Position numbers and translations under genes: made by a program. A stretch of 64,000 nucleotides of DNA from Podarcis melisellensis (lineage: Eukaryota): assembly GCA_964234715.1 (NCBI GenBank), contig OZ174275.1; one strand, 5' to 3'. The stretch's first letter is position 1; every line of letters begins with the position of its first letter. Shown in pieces: positions 24,734 through 36,179 of this stretch. The notes below the pieces were generated by a model that was not told the DNA's origin, searched no databases, and saw only the letters and a program-made list of their open reading frames with translations.

Positions 24734-25228
24734 AATCTATCATGTGTTTCTCTTTAGCAGTATGATGAGATTGCAAAGTTTCCAAGAAAACACTAGGTGA
24801 TTGCCGATGTTTATTGTCTGAAGTGTTCTCACCTCTTCTGTTCCTTCAAGATGTGCAGATGATAAATTAATTTATGTGCTACAAACTAAGAGTTGGCTGG
24901 AAAATCAAAAGGTTTCCATTTCTACATCATTGTTTGCTTTGGGAAAATCTTGACCCTCCTTTACCAGAACTTATTACGAATTAATTATGCAATGTGCTCT
25001 ACAGCACTCTCTGATCCAACGGAACATATACAGTGCAAGGTGTGGAAACCATTTTTGGGAAAAGAAGATGATAAAAATGCTTGTCATCCACTCTTGCCAG
25101 AGAGGTGGGAGCAGAACAACCCAGTCTCTTGCTTCCTCTCCCACACAGCCAGCTGGCGGGCTTGTAGGTCTTTAGAAAGGTTCTCCGGATGCAACCAAGG
25201 TGTTTTGTTGGATCAGTCAGAGCATATA

Positions 25229-25660
25229 GTTGTTGTTTAGTCGTTTAGTCGTGTCCGACTCTTCGTGACCCCATGGACCAGAGCACACCAGGCACTTCTG
25301 TCTTCCACTGCCTCCCTCAGTTTGGTCAAACTCATGCTGGTAGCTTCGAGAACACTATCCAACCATCTCGCCCTCTGTCATCCCCTCCTCCATCTTTCCC
25401 AACATCAGGGTCTTTTCCAGGGAGTCTTGTCTTCTCATGAGGTGGCCAAAGTACTGGAGCCTCAGCTTCAGGATCTGTCTTTCCAGTGAGCACTCATGGC
25501 TGATTTCCTTAAGAATGGATAGGTTTGATCTTCTTGCAGTCCATGGGACTCTCAAGAGTCTCCTCCAGCACCATAATTCAAAAGCATCAATTCTTCGGCG
25601 ATCAGCCTTCTTTATTGTCCAGCTTTCACTTCCATACATCACTACTGGGAAAACCATAGC
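25229..25660 (-). mobile_element. Bov-B (RTE clade) LINE, 5'-truncated
   Basis: ORF 25355-25657 (MVFPVVMYGSESWTIKKADRRRIDAFELWCWRRLLRVPWTARRSN...LEKTLMLGK) is a Bov-B C-terminus, ending in a (CAA)n tail. AGCATATA TSD at 25221-25228 and 25658-25665. Confidence 0.95.
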
Positions 25661-26055
25661 ATATAAGTGTTACATAAATTTAATAAGTAGTATCTATGGT
25701 AGTGATTAGTAGTAGCGGCCTGCGTGATGGGATAGAGCTGTGGAAATGCCCTCCTAACTCAAGTGTCACTGCAGATTATATGGATGGGGTGGAGCACAGG
25801 AAAGGCAAGGTCCAGCTGCACAGGCAGACTGAATAAGCTCATCTGAGGCTCCCACGACTGGCCTTGTAGAACCCTGACCTTGCTGCCAGCCTGTACCAAC
25901 TCATTCCCATCCAGGTAAGCTGTAGTGAATGTATTGTAGTTGTCCTCATGACCAGGAACTCTGTGCAATCAGGGCTCCCAATCCCATGAACTGTAAGCAT
26001 GTTCCGTAAGATGTAATGAAGCTGCTGTTAAAAGGTCCCCACACTAATGACCACT

Positions 26056-26210
26056 AATGGTTATTAGAATGCTGGATTAGGACCAGAGAGACCAGGGTTT
26101 AAATCTGCACTTTGCATTGAAACTCAATGCATGATGGTCGGCCAGTTGGTATTTCTTAGCCTAAGCTGCCTCACAAGGTTGTAGAGAGAATAAAATGGGT
26201 GAGAGAAGAA
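26056..26210 (+). mobile_element. MIR/CORE-type SINE remnant
   Basis: GGAGACCAGGGTTTAAATC-like head and CTTAGCCTAAGCTGCCTCACAAGGTTGTAGAGAGAATAAAATG CORE/tail pattern. Confidence 0.6.
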
Positions 26211-26269
26211 CCATTTGGACGAACAGTGAGAAAATGTATTGAATCAGGGAAGGTAACTATACACATAGG

Positions 26270-26404
26270 TCCAGTTACAGATAGGTAGCCGTGTTGGTCT
26301 GCCATAGTCAAAACAAAAAAAATTCCTTCCAGTAGCACCTTAAAGACCAACTAAGTTAGTTCTTGATATGAGCTTTCGTGTGCATGCACACTTCTTCAGA
26401 TACC
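26270..26404 (-). mobile_element. PLE family B 3' remnant
   Basis: The minus strand begins at a hammerhead motif and continues AACTTAGTTGGTCTTTAAGGTGCTACTGG...CAGACCAACACGGCTACC. Confidence 0.75.
26365..26404 (-). ncRNA. Minimal type I hammerhead ribozyme motif
   Basis: Minus strand reads GGTAT-CTGAAGA-A-GTGTGCATGCACAC-GAAA-GCTC-ATATC: 5-bp stem I with one G-U pair, palindromic stem II, palindromic AGCT stem III and a CUC cleavage triplet. Confidence 0.75.
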
Positions 26405-26881
26405 ATCCCAACATACCTGCACTGAGCTGAAAGGTCTGAAGAGGGTTTGTAAGCATGTTTGGCTGAATGTGTTGCAGTCCTCCCCATGACCAGGAACTCT
26501 GCACAATCGGGGTTTCCAATCCCATGGAGAACTGTAATCATGTCCAGTCAAACCTCTTTCCAGTTCCCTTTCAGGTCTTCCCACTGAAGACCTGGGAAGG
26601 TCAGGTGGGAAGATCAGGTGGTGGCGGCAACAAAGACTCATCCATGGATAGTTTAAGAACACCTGAAGAGGGCTTATGTGTCTAGCTGGATCATGGCAAT
26701 TATCTCGCTCATATTCCCATTTTATAGATAATATAGTAAGATTAGATTTGAACTTGAGTCATCCTGGTCAAACACTCGCATGCTGGGACCTCTGTTTATG
26801 TGGCTGAATGAACTTCTTGTGGTAGAGTAGATGTCATATGTGACAAGGGTATACCACATGAACTCGTATGTGCTGAGGGTG

Positions 26882-27147
26882 CAGTGGAACCTCGGGTTGC
26901 GAATGTGATCCGTACGGGAGGCACATTCGCAACCCACAGTGTTCACAACCAGCAGTTCTGTCACAACCCGTAGTCTGCGCACGCATGTGATGCAACTCAC
27001 GCTTCTGCATTTGCGCAAAGCACGATTCAGTGCTTCATGTGCAAGCGCTGAAACCCGGAAGTAACCTGTTCTGGTACTTCTGGGTTTTGTCGCGTCCGTA
27101 ACCTGAAAAGGCGTAACTCAAAGCATCTGTAACCCAAGATACCACTG
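26882..27147. mobile_element. Tigger-like MITE, family B
   Basis: CAGTGGAACCTCGGGTTGC / GTAACCCAAGATACCACTG-TA termini. Confidence 0.8.
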
Positions 27148-28232
27148 TAATTCAAATGATTCTTCCCCCACGAAAAGGAGGGAGGAATGTGCAAATAGGG
27201 CACTTGTCCATACAGGCCTCTGTACTTGGGACCTTCATAATTTCTCCATCCATAGTAGGGTTGGGAGCATGCATATTCCCCCTTCTTTCATGGGAAGAGG
27301 ATAATCCTTGGAGTGGGACATGAAAATGGCTCTCTGCCTACTCTATCACACTGGTACTTTACATTTTCCTGCCTGTGTTGAACGGTGAGATTTAATAATC
27401 TTCTATCTTTTACATGAGATCTTTGCAGTGATCTGGAGAAAGTAACCCAGACCACCCGGCAAGGTACTTGCTCATGAATAGTTTGGAAGACTGCATGTAA
27501 AGTGGACTCTATGGGGTGGTTATTGCATCTGCACCTTCTCCCAGTGATGCTAATGGGGTGGTGGTGGAGAAAACTAATTCTATCCTGACTTTACTTCGTT
27601 TAAGCAAAAGGAATTGCACTGTGAACGTTTAACTTAATATTGCTTTCTTTGGCATGCTCCCTGGGAAGCATTCTTTGGTATCTGTTACCTGCTGCCGAAT
27701 ATTATTTAGCACTACATAAATCACTCAAGAGGATGACATTTGGAGTTTCTCCAGCTATCTTCTCAAAGCCAATTTCTATTTTACAGAAAGAAATGAACAA
27801 ATGGAGTCACTTGGATAACTTACACATAAATTAAGGGACCATAGCTTCCAAGCAACACATAAATTATTGCAAGCTTTTATTCTAATCCAATGCAAGGACA
27901 TTAATTATAATATATCATCAACAAACTATATAAAGCAAGATATATTGCACCCCCACCCACCCACATACACTGTGAGATATGTTTACTCCGTATGTGTCTG
28001 AATCAGAGACACTGTCATAAACAATATTCCACTGGTATTCTAGACTTATTTCCAAATGATGGGCTCATCACTGATGTGAATCATTGGCGACCAATGTGCT
28101 GGATGTGAGGCCCTTTACAGAATTTGCAGGGGGAAAGGTGACCTAAAATGATGTGTGCTTTTTGTAGGGGCATTTCCAACATGGCTGCTTTCCCCAGTGA
28201 TGATAGCATTAAATAGGAAGTGAATGAAAGTA

Positions 28233-28444
28233 CAGTGGTACCTTGGGTTACAGACGCTTCAGGTTACAGACTCCGCTTATCCAGAAATAGTACCTCGGGT
28301 AAAGAACTTTGCTTCAGGATGAGAACAGAAATCGCGCAGCAGTGGGAAGCCCCATTAGCTAAAGTGGTACCTCAGGTTATGAATGGTTTCAGGTTAAGAA
28401 CGGACCTCCAGAACGAATTAAGTTCTTAACCCCAGGTACCACTG
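28233..28444. mobile_element. Tigger-like MITE, family A
   Basis: TA-CAGTGGTACC...GGTACCACTG-TA. Confidence 0.9.
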
Positions 28445-30858
28445 TACCAATGAATGTAGCAATTTGGAGCTCCTTTTGCTGGCCTTACACGATAGTGGGT
28501 TTTTTTTTTTTTGGGTTTTTTTACATTTACCCCAATTCAACTGGAGGCCAGAAACTATAGCCTTCTTCAGGCATTAAGTGTAATTGTTAAAATCATAAAG
28601 GGGCATCACAAAGATGCACAATGCCTTCCAGATCTTGGAAGGTGAATTTTGGCAGTGGGGAGCTTTATCTATCTCTGTAGGCTCACTTTGCATTTTAGAA
28701 CCCTGCTTTTCCAGAGTGCTAAAACACGTGGGAAGCCTCCATGGATTCAAAAAGATGGCAGGAATGATGGAGGGGGAAGAACTGAAGTACTTGTCTCCAC
28801 TGCCCCCTAATCAGGGATGGACATTCGTTTTTCAAATTTCAGTAGCGCCCTGTACAAGGTCCAAATTTGGTGGAGCCCCCTGGCCTCTTGTCTTCCATTC
28901 TGTGTGTGCACTACATCATATTTCTGAAGCCCAGCATGACCCTGCTTAGCACACAGTACAGGGGAACCGATTGCATTGCCCTTAAATATAATGCCTGAAT
29001 AGGGATTTCATTAGCAAGATTCCCATGTAGACTGTGGATTTAAGGCATCACTTGCAAAAGGGCCCCAGGTTTGGGGATTCTACAGGGCAATGTCCAATAT
29101 CATATGAAATTTCAGTAATTGGTTCTCTTAGTTGAAGTGCAAGGAACTCTGAAATTCATTGAAATTCTTTGTATGGTTCTAATGATGTGGGGTTGTTGTT
29201 TTTTTGGAAATCCTTATGGCGTAACCTACTAAGAAGTTTAGATCAGTCTGTATATATAACTTGATGGTTGATATTTAGTAGATTCAAATGCAAAGTCAAG
29301 TGTTTACAAAGAAAAAAAATACCTCTTCGAACCATGACATGAATGCCTTCTTCTTCCCATGCTATTGCCCAAGGAATTATACATTTGGACAACTTAGAGT
29401 AACAGCTGGTCAAAACAATACATCCCTCTGCAGTCATTTCATCTTAGAATAATTAAGAAGGAAAACTCTAATTGATAGAAGATGGACTGAAAATGTTTTT
29501 GATCAGCTTATAAAACTGTCAAGTACAGGACAGGAGAAGAGCGTTCCTAAGCCAGCTGAGCTATACAACAAAAAGTCGTAAGATGAAATACTCACAGATG
29601 TGTTCCTGAACAGAATGGCTTCCCCTCCAAAAGCAAAAATCAGATGCAAAAAATTATGCATCAGTAATAAGCATGTGCAACAACATCCTACTTTTCCATC
29701 TGTATTACGTGGATGTTCTTTCCCATCTCTATAACACGGACTATAGAAAAGTCTATTTGCATTCTTAGCTGTGCAGAATTGAGGGGTCTCTCCATGGTGA
29801 AGTATACTATGATGCAGCTAGTGCTGCACATACAGTTTCCCAATTTGCAGCTGCAAACTGCACACTGTGTTCTGATTACTGCATACAGAGATCCAGCATA
29901 TAGGGAATCCTCCAAGCTACAATTTTTGCCGGTATAAGTACCTAGTTAGACAAGCATTGACATTCTTATTGAGCCTGTTGGATTAGTGAACATTTTATTG
30001 AATTAATGGCTTTGGTTTTAAGTTTCCCCCCCCTTTTTATATAGTCTGTTTGTTTTAATTACCACGCTGTCTAAAAGTATTCCTCCAGTGGCTTTCAGTA
30101 AACATGCCCAAACAGTGAAAGCTATTCATTTAGAAATATTCCTATATATTTTATCTGCTTCCTCTTTTAGAAAAGGTCCTTCCCTCCCAATGCTTTGAAA
30201 TAGCTCTGCTTCCAGTCACCATCACTAATGAAATGAAATTTGTACTGCACATCATGAAAACCCCCAATTTTGACTTTTCTTTCCCAAACTCATCTAAAAG
30301 TTGCCACAGAACTGGTTTTATGCTTGGTCACAGATATATAAGAGAATAAGGGGTATTTTCCTTACTGATTTGCAAGAGGGATTTTTTAGACAAAACACAA
30401 TATTTCCTTAATACAAAATACACAGGGGAACACAGGTTTAGATGAGTGCATACTTTCTATACCACCTCTGAGGGGAGCTGTTAGCCAACACTTGTTATTC
30501 ACAGAAGGAAAACTATTCTGACCATCTCCAGGACATTTTAATGAGATAATCTCCTCTTAGAGTAGAATCAAAGATAACAAAACTAATGTAAAACCTGAGG
30601 AGAAACATATTTTGTATGATTTGAAGTAAAACAAATGGTGTTTCAGGATTCAAGATGGAACAGGCAAGCAATCATCCTCATTGAGTTGATGTGGTTTCAC
30701 TTTGAAATTAATATATTGGTACAAATAAACAGCTTAACAAAACAGATGAGATCAGTGGAACTGCTGTTCTTGAATGAGATTGCTGTTATTTCAGTTATCA
30801 TAGGACAGCCTGGCATCTCAAAGCTTTTCTTACATTAAGATGTTTTTCATCTTCTAAA

Positions 30859-30890
30859 GGGCCACAGGTGGCACTGTGGGTTAAACCACA
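30859..30890 (+). mobile_element. Sauria SINE 5' head only, flanked by an 11-bp direct repeat
   Basis: GGGCCACAGGTGGCACTGTGGGTTAAACCACA matches the SINE 5' end; CATCTTCTAAA at 30848-30858 and 30889-30899. Confidence 0.8.
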
Positions 30891-31759
30891 TCTTCTAAAA
30901 GTAATTGCTAATGGGCTAAACCCAGCTAACATTTTAAAGTCCCATTGATATTAATGGCATCAATAGTTAAACCAGGAAAGACTAAATAAAACCATTAAGT
31001 GTAGAGACAAGATGGAGACATTTGTATCCTTCAGCATCATGAATCCCAGTGAAAATACATGGATGGCTTAAGCAGCACAAGTAGACGGCCAAATTCATTA
31101 TGGCGACTAGATACAGAATCTCACTCTGACCTCATATAGCTGGAGACAGGCAGCTTCTGCGAAATGTTATGAAGACTGTAACAACTAGAATGTGTGACTA
31201 GGGATTTGAAACTCTAGGGTCTATCAGAAGTTATCCCTGTCTACCCTACACTCCATAATGTTGCCTGCAGATGGCCTGATGTGCAAAGATTGAAGGAATG
31301 ATGCTACTTTCCCCACAGACCTTCCGCCAAAAGCATAAGTGCTGACAGGACAAAAACAACTGGAATGGTGACAGGGGTTTCATGGGATCCATCAGAATGT
31401 TGCATTAATATCTGCATTGCTGTATAGAATCAGCACAGGGAGTTTGTCCAGAGCCAGGGGCAGTTCCAATACCAGTTAAAGAATTCCCCTGTGCCAGAAT
31501 TTCATGGGCTTATGAAACAGAGGGAACTTAAATTATTTCATGTTGAGTGGGTACAGTCTAGAACAAGCACTTTTAATCAACTAGATTTCCCAGATGATTA
31601 AACAATATCTCGTAGACCAGTGTGAAGAGTTAATCCTCCAGCAGAGCTTCAAAAGATGTCAAGAAGTTCAGGAATAGGAATAGGGAATAATCTCCCCGTT
31701 AACTTTTAAACATAGGCAATACCTCCTCAGTCACACACCTAGGTTTGAAGTGATAGTGG

Positions 31760-31849
31760 CATAGCTGTCAACTTTTCCCTTTTCTTGCGAGGAATCCTAT
31801 TCAGAATAAGGGAATTTCCCTTTAAAAATGGGAATCGTTGACAGCTATG
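31760..31849. mobile_element. 90-bp hAT MITE with 8-bp TSD
   Basis: Perfect 13-bp TIR CATAGCTGTCAAC/GTTGACAGCTATG; TSD GATAGTGG/GATGGTGG. Confidence 0.88.
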
Positions 31850-32709
31850 GATGGTGGTGACAGAAAGGTACATCAGAAACTTAGTACTGTTTTTAAAGAA
31901 AAGAACAGTAGATTCATTTATTTATTTTTGAAAAGTTGCCAGCCCATTATAATAAGCATACAGTGCTTGCATGCTCTTTGCCTTATTCACATATTTGAGA
32001 TCAGCTGACAGCTGCTCCAGTTGCACTCTGAGGAACATGGTTTATTTCTTGATGCTGCCAGCTGGAATAAAATGGAGAAGATGTAATTTTTTAATTAATT
32101 AACTTCAGAACACTGAGGAGCCTTGAGACACATTGCAAGTGATGGGAAATCCACAACATTCTCACTGTAAGACCTATGTGAGCATGTTTCTTTAACACAG
32201 AGAGTACAAGCATCAGTGCTCACATGCAAGGGATTCCTAGTGGGCTTGATATAATTTAAATAGAAATACAGTGCATATCACCATCATGGTAAAGAATATG
32301 ACCAAGTGACTTCTGCGCCTGCTCAGTCTGTGGCTCAGATGCTAACCACTGATGGACAACTTCAAGGTCCCTGCTCTCTTGCAGTTCTTTATCTTAAATT
32401 AGACTTGGAATGAAAGACTTTCAAACAGAACACTGTCTTTGGACAGTCCTTTACAAAAGAGGACGCCTTACTGTACAGTAGGCAAAACAAGACTGCCATA
32501 ATTCATCAAGGAGTTGGACCAAATGACCTCCAAGGTCCAACTTTAAAATTGTATTATCATAGAAGCTCTTTCCTCCTCCTTGTTCATGCATTTGGAGATA
32601 AGTGTGTGCGTGTGTGCGTGTGCGCGCACACACACACAGTTTATCTATGTGTGTATAAAATATAAACTGCAGACTCTAAAACATTTAACAATGGAAAATA
32701 GGGACACAC

Positions 32710-32800
32710 GTGTTTCTGTTTTTATACTGTATTTTTATGCTGTGAACCCCCCTGAGATCTGTGGACAAAGAGCGGTATACAAATTAAATAAATAAATAAT
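32710..32800 (+). mobile_element. L2-like 3' tail
   Basis: TGTGAACCCCCCTGAGATC...GCGGTATACAAAT(TAAA)n. Confidence 0.6.
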
Positions 32801-32998
32801 ATTTGTAACACCTAATCTTAGCCATGGATACTACTTGACTACTTCCATTTCCGTTTTTCACATGCTGCAAACTCAATTGCTCTGTATTCTGTATTCTGGT
32901 TTTCAGAAACTGAGTGTGTTCATAAACTGACCATGACCATCTCCTAAGACTATTCATACAATGTTCAATCCCATGCAGTTCTTAAGCTATGCTGGAAG

Positions 32999-33252
32999 CA
33001 GGGGTACTGAATTGCCCCCCACATTGAGGGTGCCCGTGACCCATCCAACCCCCACCCAACAGGCCAGCGCTCGTCCGTTGTGCGGGCAGGGGCACAGAGG
33101 GTGAAAATCACCTTCCATGTGTCCTGCCCCCGCCTGCTGTGCCAGAGCTTGCCTGGGGAGGTGACCCCCTCAATATTAGGAGGGCTAGGCCCCCTGCCAA
33201 GAAAAATTGAGGAGGCCAAAGCCCCTTCCACCCCCTCTAGTTGGCACCCCTG
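32999..33252. mobile_element. hAT-like MITE
   Basis: CAGGGGTAC.../...GGCACCCCTG termini; degenerate 8-bp TSD GCTGGAAG/GTTGAAAG. Confidence 0.65.
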
Positions 33253-34098
33253 GTTGAAAGAGAAGGGCTTACTAGAGCACTGGAAGGAATGAAGAGCAGG
33301 ACTCAAGACTCTGAGCAAGTGTGGAGCAACCCAAATAGTTCAGCTGGTAAGGATAGCTGCTATTTCTGTCCTTAGCCAGGACGACATAGCTGCCTGCAAA
33401 GAGGTGGGGGAAGGAGGGAGAAGCAACCGGCAGTTGCAAAATCTTTGCATTCAATAAACTTGTAGCTTTCGTTTATCCCAGCCATGTGATATTCCTCCTT
33501 GGTTTCAGAGCCAACATCCCTTTCCACATTTATTTTGGTCCCCAGTGTGTTGTGATGGTAATGACAAGAATATGTGCATATCGCTTGAGCTCCAAAGTTA
33601 AATTAAAAGTGAAGCATGCTTTGGAACCATATGAGTTTGACGGAAAACTGAGGATGACTTGTAAACATAGGAAATGTCTTGGGAAATTCAGATCAAATTT
33701 CAGAAACAAATCTACATGTTTGAGAAACAATTGACAATAACTCTTGTTATTGCTACTGCCAAGATCCAAATCTGAAGGCTCAGCATGCTTTGGAGTTTAA
33801 ATGCTGGGCCAGCTCACAATGTAAGCACCCAAACCCATATAGGAGAAGTGGCAGAAATCCATTGATTCCCTGCTGGCGGAAGGGAGTTCTCTAGTATTTG
33901 TTGAGGTGGCAAGAAGCCAAGCAGGGCTTGAACTATAGAAACGGCATCAATCCAGAAACGTATTTACTGCAAATATTTTATCCTGTTTTCACACTTTTCA
34001 GAGAGTTCTCTCATTCTGCAAACACCATTACTGCATTACAAAATATTTACATCTTTTCAGCTTTAAATCTATTGATCCTTATGTTGAAGGTAAGAATA

Positions 34099-34326
34099 CA
34101 GTGGTACCTCGGGTTACATACGTTTCAGGTTACATACACTTCAGGTTACAGACTCCGCTAACCCAGAAATAGTAACTCGGGTTAAGAACTTTGCTTCAGG
34201 ATGAGAACAGAAATTGTGCTCCGGTGGTGCAGCAGCAGCAGCGGGAGGCCCCATTAGCTAAAGTGGTGCTTCAGGTTAAGAACGGACCTCCAGAACGAAT
34301 TAAGTACTTAACCCGAGGTACCACTT
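34099..34326. mobile_element. Tigger-like MITE, family A
   Basis: TA-CAGTGGTACCTCGGGTTAC...TAACCCGAGGTACCACT(T)-TA, with an extra subterminal CAGGTTACA repeat. Confidence 0.88.
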
Positions 34327-34520
34327 TATCTACATGGGAATTTGGCTGCAACCCTATATTGGCAAGAAGGGCCAGGCGTATAATTTAGTGCTGCTGCTAG
34401 ATCTGCCTTTACTCTGACGTATTCAGGTAGCAGCTGTCGCAAGAACCCCCAACATTTCTATGAGTTGATGACTACTTTTACTCAGCTGCATCTGGTGTGT
34501 CATGGGATGGAAAATGGCCC

Positions 34521-34810
34521 TTCCATGCGCTCTGGTTTCTGTCCAGATGTCCTGTTGCACCAGAAGCGGTTTAGTCATGCTGGCCACAGGACCTGGAAAG
34601 CTGTCTGTGGACAAATGCCGGCTCCCTCAGCCTGAAAGATAAACGGCATTTCCGTGCGCTGCTCTGGTTCACCAGAAGTGGCTTAGTCATGCTGGCCACA
34701 TGACCCGGAAGCTGTATGCCGGCTCCCTTGGCAAATAAAGCAAGATGAGCGCCGTAACCCCAGAGTCGGCCACAACTGGACCCAATGGTCAGGGGTCCCT
34801 TTACCTTTAC
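34521..34810 (+). mobile_element. Two fused Sauria SINE fragments of different subfamilies
   Basis: 34521-34638 resembles the body of the 3054 subfamily; 34639-34810 restarts as the 286/20123 subfamily and ends in CCCTTTACCTTTAC. Confidence 0.85.
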
Positions 34811-35805
34811 TAGTTTACCTAATATAATGCATTTGTGTATGCCATTTCACTAAAATCTGCATTCTTATGCAGTCTTCCCCCTAATATAACCACTGATTGG
34901 GTTGTTAAACTGCATCACATAATTTGGAGAAGTGTGAATATCAAAGCATTTCAGTTTGTAGATTGCTTTGGGGAAGTGTGAATTAGGTAGATTCAATCAA
35001 TACGTGGATGAAACCAGATTTCTCCTCCATCTGTGCCCCTGACTAGTATGTGTTGGGTTGCTCTGTTCATGACTTGGATGGAACAATAAAGAATATGTTC
35101 ATTAAATATGTGTTGAAGTTAAACATACGTGAAAAGAAGAAACCATACAAGTTCATATTGGCAAGACTGAAGCTGAGCGGCAACAGTGGACCCTAAAGAA
35201 ATAAAATAAAGTCCATATATATATATTAATATGAGAAAGGGGAAAACCCTCTAAATACAAAAAGGGGAATTCTGGCCAGGCTGTGTAACTGCTGAGAGAG
35301 ACAGGGGAGTTTATATTGGATCACGGTCAACTATTAGTAAACAATGTGATGTCACTGACCTTAAAAATCCATATTTGGGTTGCATTAACAGAAGTATGAT
35401 ATGTCAGCTAATATGTCAGCTGTGCAGCATTGTTTAGCCTGAGGCTCAGAGCCAATCTCTATACCACTTTGCAGGAGACTGAGACGCAGGCTGCTTTTGA
35501 AAAAGCCCAGATAGAAATGACCTCATGGGAAGCCCATCATCTGCTCTGTTTGACACAAGCACAAACTGCTATCTGGCACGCCGTCACTCAGCCCACCTGA
35601 GAAAGATCTGACCATGTTACTGCAAATTTCAACCTGTCCATCCAGGACAATTAGCGTTTTTTTATTTTATTTTTAAATTACTAGTTTTCTATGAGCATAG
35701 TTCTGACTTGGTTTAAAATGGTAAGCTGGGTGAATTTTTTCATGTGAATTGGACTTTAGTGTTATTCCCCAATTTGGCCATGATAATTTTAAGGGATGAT
35801 ATATA

Positions 35806-35936
35806 AATCATAGAATCATAGAATTGTAGAGAGTCATTTAGTCAACCCCTGCAATGCAGGGATCTTTTGCCCAATGTGGGGCTCAAACCCACAACCCTGA
35901 GATTAAGAATATCATGCTCTACTGACTGAGCTATCC
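35806..35936 (-). mobile_element. tRNA-Lys(CTT)-derived SINE with CR1-type octamer tail
   Basis: Minus strand GGATAGCTCAGTCAGTAGAGCATGATATTCTTAATCTCAGGGTTGTGGGTTTGAGCCCCACATTGGGC, then ATTCTATGATTCTATG. Another tail fragment lies at ~39088-39150. Confidence 0.82.
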
Positions 35937-36041
35937 ACAGGATCCTCTCCCTAATTTATGATATATGGGGGGTTGATATCAGTAATTTGAAGTATAAAGA
36001 AAAAAAACATTGCAGCACTCGAAAGACTAAGACATTTGTTA

Positions 36042-36179
36042 CAGGCCCTCCAAGGTGTCCCTGTTTTCCAGAGATGTCCCTGATTTAGATAAGCCGTCTC
36101 AGTTCCTGATCTGATCCCAGAATATCCCACTTTTCCTTAGGATGTCCCTACTTTCATTGGAGAAATGTTGGAGGGTATG
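36042..36179. mobile_element. Short hAT-like MITE with 6-bp TSD (same family as 6631)
   Basis: CAGGCCCTCCAA...TTGGAGGGTATG with TTGTTA on both sides; aligns to 6631-6767. Confidence 0.85.

Larger units (their letters stand above)
25926..26543 (+). repeat. Diverged ~78-bp direct repeat pair (25926-26002 and 26464-26543)
   Basis: Shared core CATGACCAGGAACTCTG...CAATC...CCAATCCCATG...AACTGTAA. Confidence 0.8.

Noticed and set aside
35862-35936. Functional tRNA-Lys gene
   Set aside because: Multiple stem and B-box substitutions, and it is fused to a CR1-type tail, so it is a SINE head.
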